A stretch of DNA of 58,624 nucleotides, the filler included, from Sphacelaria rigidula (taxonomy: Eukaryota): the NCBI GenBank assembly GCA_964200075.2. It is 9 parts of 9 records of this genome, joined end to end, with 100 filler letters (N's around TTAATTAATTAA, not from the genome) between each part and the next. Parts side by side here need not be neighbours in the genome. Positions count along the whole stretch, not along the records: positions 45,677 to 52,100 come from CAXNAA020020152.1; positions 52,201 to 58,624 come from CAXNAA020020153.1; 7 more parts are not named here. The stretch is one strand, 5' to 3'. The position numbers were made by a program, and so were the translations under genes. The notes beneath the pieces are model-generated. The model searched no databases. It had not been told where the DNA came from and worked only from the letters and a program-made list of their open reading frames with translations. Of this stretch, positions 48,744-58,624 are shown piece after piece. Every line of letters begins with the position of its first letter. The stretch's first letter is position 1.

Positions 48744-49330
48744 CTAGAGTCTACAGGATGAAGACGAAGCAAACGGCTTCTGGTCAAACTCTTCGCCGTT
48801 TTTGCCGCCTCGCTTCTCCTCAGGTTCCATCATCCCATCAGGTTCCTCTGACAAAGCACCACCCGGAACCCCCCTACCAGTGCCGAGATCCAACTCGTCA
48901 GAGTCAGAGTCAGAGCTCTCGATATCGCTCTCCCCACTCTCCACATCCTGTGAGTTTTCCTCTCCCGACATAAAAGACGGAACCGCTTGCTGCGAGTTTG
49001 GGGGAGGTGAGTGCTGCCAAGTAACATCGCGAGTAGTGATGCAGTATTATCTGCCTTTCGTCGGCGTCCTCATGGTATCACGGGGGTAGTTGTAGCCAGG
49101 CCCTGAGTATAAGCACTCCTGTGCTTTCGGGATACACTACGACGTCCTCTTATACCTACAGTATCCTGGCTTGACGAAAGAGGGAAGCTTTACTTCACGT
49201 ACTTCACCGTAAAACACCTCATCTGGGGACTTCTTCCCAGGGTTAGCAGTGGTAGCAGAAGGGTTTAACGCATCTGCTGCCCAACGATACGACTCAGCCC
49301 ACAACCTTGCCGGAACAAGGTACCACAGGA
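48744..49330 (-). mobile_element. Ty1/Copia integrase C-terminal/SH3 remnant
   Basis: LWAESYRWAADALNPSATTANPGKKSPDEVFYG...FVKPGYCRYKR..PKAQECLYSG...TRDVTW followed by an acidic linker. Confidence 0.75.
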
Positions 49331-50003
49331 ATGTTCTGGTGGAAATCAACTGACTTTGACAATCTTGAAAGATGAAGTGAGCCCGGTTTGTAGTATAGGA
49401 CCTTGTAATTTCTACGTCAAGCTATGAACGTTTCGAGTGAGGTGCGGCCGCGAGGTTGTAGCTGAGTGTGTCTCATTAGGAGCAAAGCGCATTCTCACGA
49501 GACTCGTGTCATAGCCAAGGCCAAACTATATTTCGGTCATCGCTTGGCTGTGATTTGTGTTTCTTCGGGAACAGGAAACGGTTTTTGGTCGAAGTGGTCT
49601 GAATTATTTCTCGTGTACTGATTCGCATTTTCGACATGCGTTTGATTTCCCAGTGTGCAAAACCAGGGAGGGTGTTAATCGTGTGATTTCACTCATGGTA
49701 GATGTGAGATCCAGGATACTATAACGAGACTATCGGAGGAAAATGTGGCGGATTAACCAATGCGAAACCGTATTGGTAATTTCCAGAAATGGTACCGAAG
49801 AACGACGGTTCGGATCTATTCTCGGAATGTTCTTGAAAGTGTTCATTGTTCTCACTTTTGTTGTCAAACAATCCGGGAACGACGGGGAATTATCTTGTGG
49901 TATACGGTATGTTTCTGTGGAATGAAACAGGAGATATTTGCCGTAGCTCGAGAAGGATTCTCGACGGAGATGCGAAGGCGCATCTCTCCCCTCCACCGTT
50001 TTC

Positions 50004-50006
<3 letters not shown>

Positions 50007-50052
<46 letters not shown>
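50007..50052. repeat. (GT)n microsatellite
   Basis: Read directly. Confidence 0.95.
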
Positions 50053-50056
<4 letters not shown>

Positions 50057-50439
50057 TCCCACCCATGAGCGGTCTGATTTGAATGAAACAATAGAAGACA
50101 ACTGTACACTTCTGCTTCTGTGACTTCATCTTCGACAGCGGATGCTGTGCGAGATTGCCTTCTACGTTTTGGTTCAGCATTGGGTGCTGTAGAATAGTCC
50201 ACCTCCAGTACACGTACGTGCAGGTTCATGATGATCTACAAGGGGAACAATCTGCTGCAGGCGTTTTCTATTGGTTGACGGACTTGCGGGTCTGATCGGC
50301 AGACTATGTGGATTTGAACATCACATGCTTCACGCATGTGGTTACTTCCTATAATGAAGGCTGTGTGTTTTTGAATAATAACTGTCTTGAAGTCTCCAGG
50401 CCCTAGTGAAGGAGGAAGCCCTTGGAGCAATCAGATGCT

Positions 50440-52100
50440 TCACCGTCGTGGCCGCCGTTCAAGACTCCGTGGGGTCCAACCACACGAAGTTGCACAAATC
50501 GTCCATCATGATTCATATATACTTGAACCCATCTCCTTCGTCCAACCCACTAGTTCCCAGGGGGCCACTCTCGCCAACGTAGAGAAAATCAAAATGCAGC
50601 ACCTCCCCTGGGCGTGTACCATGCACCGTCTCCCCGAAGGGACGCGGGACCTTCTCCCCCGCCTTGGAATCCAAACAGTGTAGGCACTGCTCCACAAACT
50701 CAGTCACATGAGTCTCCATCCGGAACCAACAACAATACTCTTGTAAGCGCTGTGAAGTTGCCACAACCCCTCGGTGACCAGCCCCTTACATGTGAGCGCA
50801 TACCATCAAGCGTGTTTGTAGTTCTCTCGCTTCCGGTGGGATCCACAATACATCCCTTCCTGCAACATGCACGCGAAACAAACCCTCACCGTCTTTGAAG
50901 ACACCCCCAACAGCGGCAGTAAACGTCTCGGTCCCATCAACCATACCTCCTTACTCCTCACGGGCTTGCTCTCGGGCTTCACGAATGGCCTCTTTCGACG
51001 GTAGCGTCTCATCAGGCTCTCCAATTGCGAAAACAGCGATGGCTCTCACGGATACCGCTGGAACGTTCAACCACCGGGACAGTAGATCTCCCTAACAGTT
51101 ACGCTCACCAGAAATATTCCTGATTCAAAAATCACACTGCGCGAGTACAGTCTTCCCTTGTTCAAGACGCTGGGCGGCAGTTTTCGCCAGTGTGGTCACG
51201 CATGCTTCGGGATCAAAAATATAAGCGAGATTGCGACGATCCGTTAATATGGTCACTCCTTCCCACAAAAGGTACTGCAACCTACGAAATGTACTCATGA
51301 TGGCATATCCTTCCTTGTCCACCGTAGCCCACCGCAACTGCGCTCCTCGGAACGTCCCACTAAGAAACCCTAGGGGCTCATGACTCATGTCCTCCACCGC
51401 TATATCGCGGTCCAATTCAGCTCTCGGTACCTGGGTCACGAAATTACCCCAATGAAGATCTGACGCGTCTGGAAACATGATCACCTCATAGCCCTCCTTG
51501 GGATGTGACAGAGCAACAGCATGTTCCACCAAATCTTGCGCCGCTGTCCAAGCTTGCGCACGCTCAAACGTCCACGCCGCCTCTTTGATTGTCCTGTTTG
51601 AAGCAACCCGCTTGGTACGACGCACGTTGCCCACCATATGCTCCTCGAGCAAAAGAGGAAGTGGCTCCACCACTTCAGCAAGGCGCGGAAGAGACGTCCG
51701 CAGCCAATTCACTGCTTGCAAAAATTGCATCAACTCGACCGCGGTTTGAGGACGCCTCATATTCGCCAAATCGCTCAGCCGCTCCCTGTCGTGAGCCACC
51801 TGCCCACCTCAGAGAACCTTCCCGCACCACGTCATTTGCGTATCATAAAACATACACTTGTGTGCAGCCGCAAAAAAAAACGGAATCCTCGAGGCGGCCT
51901 GAAATCGCACTCAGCGTGCACAGTAAGTCATCTTCATTTCCCCCCCACCACAATATGTCATCTACCCACACCTTGGAAGTCCAGTCAATAGCTTCGTCAT
52001 AGTGCCCTGAAAATACCCCGTAGCGTTGAGTACTCCTTGAGGCACGCGCGTAGGCGTGAATAACCCGTCAGGGGTTGCAATAGTGAAGATTTCTTGGGCA
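50440..52100 (-). mobile_element. Ty3/Gypsy pol remnant (RT end, RNase H, integrase N-terminus)
   Basis: TPDGLFTPTRVPQGVLNA; QFLQAVNWLR; FPDASD..WATVDKEG..LTDRRNL; WFRMETHVTEFVEQCLHC..PGEVLHFDF; same lineage as 39226-43227. Confidence 0.92.
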
Positions 52101-52261
52101 NNNNNNNNNNNNNNNNNNNNNNNNNNNNNNNNNNNNNNNNNNNNTTAATTAATTAANNNNNNNNNNNNNNNNNNNNNNNNNNNNNNNNNNNNNNNNNNNN
52201 TCGGTGTTGCGTGTGGGTGGGGGGGGGGGGGGGGGGGGGGGGGGGGCGGTGGGGGGGGTGG

Positions 52262-52323
52262 GTACTCATTTGTTGCTCGCCTTATTCGTTTGACCATCGA
52301 CCACGCATCCCTTTCGAGACGGA
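52262..52323 (+). repeat. G-tract-anchored short repeat, subfamily A
   Basis: Consensus match after a long G tract near contig start. Confidence 0.88.
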
Positions 52324-52583
52324 TAACGAGGGTGGACCGCAAAATGTCCAGAGCAAAAAAAAATTATGCCCGTTTTTTTGTGTGCTGCGTGATACTCCTT
52401 GCTTGTTTTTGGCTGCGAGGCACAGTCTCGCGTCTCCCTATCGCCCTCGTCGATAGACTCGCCGCAGAGTATGCTGCTAAGTGGGGACCAGAACACCATC
52501 ATGCGGATGCCGAATTTTGGATCCTTCATGCATCAGCAGGCAAGTGGGCGAATTAAGGGGGGGTGGGGGTGAGGGTGAGGGGT

Positions 52584-52702
52584 GTACTCATTATCATGCA
52601 TGCCACCGTTACAACACCATTGACCCCGTATCCCTACAAAGCCTGGACGGAGCCCGGTTCTCGCCGGGCCAGACCCACAATCAGTTACCAAGCGCGAAGC
52701 GC
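52584..52702 (+). repeat. G-tract-anchored short repeat, subfamily B, with GCGCGAAGCGC end
   Basis: Colinear with 31056-31175. Confidence 0.8.
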
Positions 52703-54224
52703 CCATCGGACCCTATGAACGGTGAGCTGCATCCCTGCTAAGATTGTTCGGCCCGAAGCGTACAGATTATCTTGCATATGGATGACAGCCCCGAATGAAT
52801 AGTTTATTTTTTGGTATTGCCACTTCCAGAAACTGCCACGGCTTATACACTGCCTCATGGATGTCTCGGGGGGGGGGGGGGGGGAGAGGGGAGAGCGCGC
52901 TCATTCATTTCCTACCTCAGTCGTTTGGCCATTGACAGCACATCCCATTGAAGACGGAGCACCGTTCCTACTCGTAGTAGAGACTCATTCAACACTTTTG
53001 GAGGGGGATTTACCTTTTTTAATCCACTCTTTGTGGTTGTATTTTGTGAAGCGAATATGTTCCTCTTTGTTGGATTTAGGCCGGTCCGGTCCCCTCACCT
53101 TGGATGAAGAAGTATCATGGGGGGGCAAACAAGCCGCGCAGCAGCAAGGTGACATGGTGTGCGAGTACATGCCCTGATACCGCATAGCTGCCCTTTCTGA
53201 TGGATCATTCGGGAAATTTGAACCCCTTCACACGTCGGATAACTGATGAGTTAATTCTGTGACTCAACCCATACAGTAGTGGAAAATGATACCGCTGAGC
53301 TATACAGTATAGCTTTGCCAGTGGAAATAGATACCGCTGATTTATACAGTGTATCTGAGCAGCCGAGTTGTACGGAGGAGTTTTAATAAAATCACTTCAA
53401 AGATCGGACGAATGATCGCCGATTCGAATCACCCAAAACTACGATTTCTGACGCCCGATGGGTGGCGGCATTCTAGGGGATAGTTGTTCATACAAGTCAA
53501 GGTAACTGAATTTCTTCCTCGGCTGGCCTGAAATTCGGCGTGGTCATTATTCATTGCGCACCCTGGATAAATGAGAATATCTGGTCAATGGAAGAAATAT
53601 ACAAGAAATGTACTGGGTAGAGTAGAGGCCTATTGCAACTATTGTCGGGCCCTGGAATTTCGGAGAATGATGGTGCGCAATGACTGACCACTTGAAGGTC
53701 GTGTTCCTTTGTCGAAGGGATTTTTTGCTCAGATTTGTTCGGCTTATTTGATTCTACTTTTACTTTTCCGGGATATTTTCCGAGTTTTCCATAATAAACT
53801 AAACAAAATTGAAACGATAAATCCAACACTAGACTTTCTGATAAGTTTTTTTTTTTTGCAATAGTTCCAGTCATCGACTCAGGTCACTTTATTTTCCTGG
53901 TATGAAGTTTTTTTCGTACGAAAAAAGTCGGGATGAAGTCACAAAACACTAGTTGTCCCTGGATGTAATTCGCAGCGCACATCTGTTACAGATGTATGCT
54001 TCACCCGTACCTTGTGTGACCAACAACAGCAGAATATGTGTTCTCAGCTCAGCCATGATGAAAACTTGGCATCTTTCCTGCTCTGTGCCGCGGCCCGTTG
54101 CTCCGTCTCCGAGCATATGTCTTGTGCCGCTATGCAAGGCTGCGCATTCTGTAAATTTGTCATGTGTCCATATCTGTGCCTGTCTGCTTCATTCGTCCTC
54201 GATCTGTGTCCCCGTTTTGCTCAG

Positions 54225-54290
54225 GAAAATCTACAGGCGCTGTTGGTGGATATACACGAGGATCCACAAGGCTTCACCACTTTCGTCGAG
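54225..54290 (+). CDS. Candidate short exon with a degenerate EF-hand-like pattern
   Basis: ttttgctcag|ENLQALLVDIHEDPQGFTTFVE|gtgaaa, 22 codons; same strand and contig as the kinase exon. Confidence 0.35.
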
Positions 54291-54342
54291 GTGAAATGAC
54301 CAACAGAAGGGACTTTGCTCCCTTAAGCTAGAGTAGTTTCCA

Positions 54343-54705
54343 TACAGTGCAGAAATGGTATCAGTCATACTTGGCCATTATCATTATAATGGTAATAATG
54401 ATGGTTATATGAAATTTTTGATAATGATTTAAAACCATTATTCATCGTTACCGGCTACGTATGCTGCATACAGCCCTTGAAAATCGGCCCAAATGTCACG
54501 CATTGTTATCTCTAGTGAAGCCAAATTGCTGAAAAACTTGCCTCCGGCACGGCGCCTTCAGCGGGACCCTATGCCGGGGGGCTTTTTGGCTCGCGGCTGT
54601 GCCGCTCGATGACCAAAGTATTATGTACCATCTAGCTGATCAGTAGTTGCGCTACGCGTAACCGTTGAATTTGTTAATGGTTGGACAAACTATTTCCGAG
54701 CTGTG
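54343..54705. mobile_element. hAT-type MITE, older copy of 26235-26635
   Basis: Colinear interior (CATTATAATGGTAATAATG.., TTTTGGCTCGCGGCTG); flanks AGTTTCCA / AATTTTCA. Confidence 0.82.
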
Positions 54706-57065
54706 AATTTTCAGGTTTCTGTTCTGTAGGGAATGGCCGGAGGTGAAAAAGTTTTGGTTCGCACACCAACCCATACCGGAATTTGTACTGAACATTTTGT
54801 GTTTTGGGGGGGTATACCAAACCATACGGAAATGTGTACCGGACAATTCCGTTATGGTTCGGAAGGGCATTTGCAGATTCAAGTACCTATTTTTCACTTC
54901 GTAAACACCCTGATTTCAGCTGGTGTCCCCCTGCGTAAGAGAGAACCATGGTGACTGCGATTTCGCTTTGCTGCTTTCAGAATAATTGATTAGTATGCTT
55001 TAACTAGATTTTCGGTACAGGCTGGTTCACGATAAAGATCCACATTTTGTCATCAGCAAATGCCTTCTGCAGTACGCACCCAGTAATCGTATACATGGTA
55101 TCATACTGACAGCGATGAACAGACGAAGAGGGTGGTATAGCGGCATTTTTGTTCAAGACTACAGCGGTCGCCCTACGGACAAAAATGTGTCTCGACCAAT
55201 CAACGCAATTCAAATTGTTCTGAAATTGAAAACATGGATTCCAAGCCCAATTTCCACCGAATCTCTACATGCTTCACATCGTAGTGACCGTCATCACCTC
55301 AGGAATCTAACGGGAGAAGCAGACTTGAAAACGGTTCCGACGGAATCGAATTGTACTTGAAACCGTCATGTTTCGGTGATGTGGAGTTTTGGCGTCGTCT
55401 CATTTCCTCTCATGATACGTACGAAAGACTCAGGGAGCCTCGTGACGATTTCCCTTATATATGTTATAGTAAAGCTCAGATCATCCTCAAACTTGGCAGT
55501 TCCATAGTTATTCATACTCCAAATGGGAACACTGTGTTCTTGGCAAGATTGCAAAGTTTCTCCGTTCTCTACCGGCCTCCGGGGGTCCCAGTACGAAGAC
55601 CCCCGGAAGGTGGTACAGAATGACTTCCAAAGAAAGAATAACTTGATGCGTCCCGGGATAGTGCAAGGGACATGTACAAAGTTTGGGTTAAAACTTGAAA
55701 ATCTCGTACATTTTTTCTTGCCTTGACGTGAAAACCACCTAAAAATGGCGTTTTCATACTAGAACCAAGTAGTTAGGAGTTTACACGTTTTAAGCTGACG
55801 TCCTCGCACAAACACTTGGACCTTCACGCAGTCGTTAGGATTTAGAACCTGAAACTTTGCACAAATATGCTATGAATCATTACGCAAGTTTCGATCAACG
55901 AGGTTTTTCTACTTCTTGATTTTTTTACCGTTTTTTGGGGGTCCGATGGGATCCAAGTCGTTTTTTCAAGTCGCCCATTCTGGGACCCCAGAAAACCGGT
56001 ACTACGCCCCTTTTTTTTTTCATTTTTTCCTCAAACGCCCTGTCGCCGCAAAAACCCAAGGAAGACCCCCACAAAGTTTCGTAGCCAAACTCGATGAACT
56101 GATACTTGAATATTCATGTTCACGCGAAAGATGGCCCAAAAAGAGCTATTTTATAGTAAAATCTAGTAGTTTGCGATTTCACCGTGGCATGGCGAGGTTT
56201 ATCATACCAACACGAAAAACTTCACGCCGTTTCAAGGAGTTAGACCCTTGAATTTTGCACAGGTGTTCTATGAGTCATTACGTGTACACCTATGCCATGC
56301 GCAATTCTTCGGGACGTAAATTCGGCACATGGTTGAATCCTCTTACTTCATAGGCTTTGAATCAGGCGTACTTTTCTCCCATCTGCAATGCGGTTGAGAT
56401 TACTGCACTGCATATGTTATTCACCGTCGGGTTCATGCGGGACCAACAGTCGGCATATGGTTGAATCCTGTCATTTCATGGCGAGTCAACTCGTACGAAC
56501 TCTGATTCGTCCCAACCGTGGTATATCCCGTTGTCAAGAAAATTCTGCTTACGGTATGAAATCTGTCTGTTGCAATATACGCGATAGTCGATGCTGTGCG
56601 CATTTCACTTTATTGACTAATCTATTGTAATTATCCAGAGTGTGAAATATTTACATATATGAGTAATACTTGCTCGAAAAGGAAGAACAAGGACGTACAG
56701 CAAAGTATACGCCGAAATGCGAACCTTCAACCCAGGCCTGTCTCTTGTTTTCAAGATGTAACGGTTAGGCCAGCCGGGTGCGGCGATGTACATATATATA
56801 TATAATATATGTATATATACTCGTTCTCCGGAGAGTCCCCTGTGATGTATCTACCCCGGATGGTTCTGCACTATGTAAATATTCCACACCCTGAACAATA
56901 TATGGTCAAGAGTCGCAGTAGTCTTATGCTTTCCGCAGTACATTTTTGTGTACTGCAAGTATTGACCATATATTGTCATTATCCAGACTGAGATACCCCC
57001 AAATCATCGCAGTCACGGGATCAAAAGCTACACTGTAGTAGTTTTGAGCTGGAAAAGGAGATTTT

Positions 57066-57262
57066 CAAGGGCAGGTTGAGTAGAGTATACTCGCGGGGTA
57101 TTTTGAAAGTCGTACTTGAAGTACACAATTTGAGGGTAGGGTGCTAGGGATCGCTTTCGAGTTATTTTTTGGGTACGAACTCTCTCTACCTTAATTTGAG
57201 TACCTCAAGTGCGTCTTTCAAAATACCCCGCAATTGAGTATACTCTACTCGACCTGCCCTTG
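57066..57262. mobile_element. hAT-type palindromic MITE related to 30017-30194
   Basis: TIR CAAGGGCAGGTTGAGTAGAGTATACTC / GAGTATACTCTACTCGACCTGCCCTTG; flanks GAGATTTT / GGGATTCT. Confidence 0.85.
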
Positions 57263-58014
57263 GGGATTCTGTGATTTTTCGAAGTCGACGGTTTTCAATA
57301 GTGTTTTCCCGTGGCACCGCCCATCCCAGTGATCTTCTTCGGTCGAGGGAAAAAAAATCCCAGTGAACATTTGATCGCAAAGTTTTGGAGCGGATGCCCC
57401 AAGATATCTTGATACCCAAAGGGATGAGCGGTGGTACGCGAAAAAACTTTTTCAAATTGCCGACTTCGAAAAAGATACAAGTATCCCTCACTTCGGCTCA
57501 AAAATGCGGTACGCACGAGACCTTACCCACCCAATATCCGAAGCACAGTACAGTTAACAGCAAGCACACACAGGAGAAACAGACCTGATTTACGGGGTCT
57601 TCATCCCTTGACCACCGAGGTGAGTCATCGGCTGAATCGGCATCACCTTCGCTTGAACATTGAAAATTAGACCCAGATCGCTCACCATCAAAACGAAAGA
57701 ACGGGGCCTTTTTTTTTTTTCTTCCAGGTTCGTCCTTCCTCCCCCCCGCCCCCCTCAGTTTTCGAATAAATAATTTTTTTCTCCCCGAATTCCCCCCCCC
57801 AAAATCAAATTGCTGAGAAAAAAAAATCTCATGCCAGATTTTCGGAGAAATTTGTGTAATTGTTAGCTTGAAAATGACCTATTTATTTACTTTTCGGAGT
57901 TTTTTTTTCACAAAATGCAGAGATCTGGAGGGGAAAATGGAGACCAATCAATGAAACGCTATACTCGCGGCGATTAAAATATTCTGCCCTCTGTTGTCTT
58001 TATTCTTGGCACAG

Positions 58015-58155
58015 GATCGACGGGAGGCTCTGGGGGTCTTGGGCGAGGCTATGGTCGCAGCTTTCAGCAGCGGTGACGGATGCTTGTCGGACTATGAAAA
58101 CATGCAGCAAGTGGGCAGGGGGAGGTTTTCAACCGTTTTCTACGCGGAGAGCAAG
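58015..58155 (+). CDS. Exon encoding the start of a Ser/Thr protein kinase domain (NEK-like subdomain I)
   Basis: ttggcacag|DRREALG..CLSDYENMQQVGRGRFSTVFYAESK|gtgcgt; GxGxFSxV glycine-rich loop; 47 codons, phase 0. Confidence 0.75.
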
Positions 58156-58588
58156 GTGCGTTCGTGGAGGGTCGCATTTTTCGTGGCGGTGCAAAACTCC
58201 TTTTTTTTTCCTTCTTCCTTTCCTCCCTGCCTTGAAGGAACGAGGAAACCTCAGCGAACGGGTTCGTGCTCCGATCACCCGGTGGCTCGGCGAGACTGTC
58301 TCGCGGTATTTACGTGGGGTTAACGCCTCGAGAGCGTTCAGAAAACTTTGCTCAAGGCAGTATGGGGGTCGCAGCCGCTGAAATCCCCTGTCCACATAAG
58401 GCAGCGCACGCGACGCCCTACTCGAAATAAGCTTGTGTGTGTGCTTGTGCGGGTGTTGTATTTTTTTCCGGGCTTTTTTACGTTACACGTCACAAAGTTC
58501 GTCACACGCGGAGCCCTGTGTAAAGTAAAGTCAAATCAAATTAGGCGCCGGGCCTGGGTAGTACTACGTTGGGGGGGGGGTGGGGGGG

Positions 58589-58624
58589 GTACTCATGATC
58601 ATGCATGCCATAGTCAGAAGACCA
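58589..58624 (+). repeat. G-tract-anchored short repeat, subfamily B, cut by window end
   Basis: poly-G then GTACTCATGATCATGCATGCCATAGTCAGAAGACCA. Confidence 0.85.

Overview
Eukaryotic, TE-dense, intron-rich DNA, most likely a brown alga or other photosynthetic stramenopile. That assignment is inferred from short GC-rich exons, long introns and the TE and gene repertoire. The window is not one locus. It is nine unrelated contigs of almost identical length (6426, 6425 x6, 6424 x2 bp) joined by 100-nt N44-TTAATTAATTAA-N44 linkers, i.e. a length-sorted pool of unplaced contigs. Host gene fragments reconstructed by hand from splice sites: a Pmp/pectin-lyase-like GGA-repeat protein (minus, 1177-3104), a right-handed beta-helix protein (plus, 5 exons, 16925-19233), a CNNM/DUF21-CBS protein (minus, 4 exons, 32956-38643) and a NEK-like kinase exon (58015-58155). 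There are also decayed Copia, Gypsy, LINE and hAT remnants and many MITE/foldback elements with readable target-site duplications (TSDs). The most unusual signals are: (i) a ~65-nt element in two subfamilies, 15 copies, anchored to poly-G tracts and found at many contig breaks; (ii) a ~250-bp MITE clan with 4-bp TSDs and a shared terminal motif; (iii) a 1.3-kb foldback with a central array of palindromic 41-bp units; (iv) CAG/CTG-armed stem-loop modules; (v) a compact multi-exon orphan gene next to a C2H2 zinc-finger ORF. No rRNA, complete tRNA or CRISPR array is supported.
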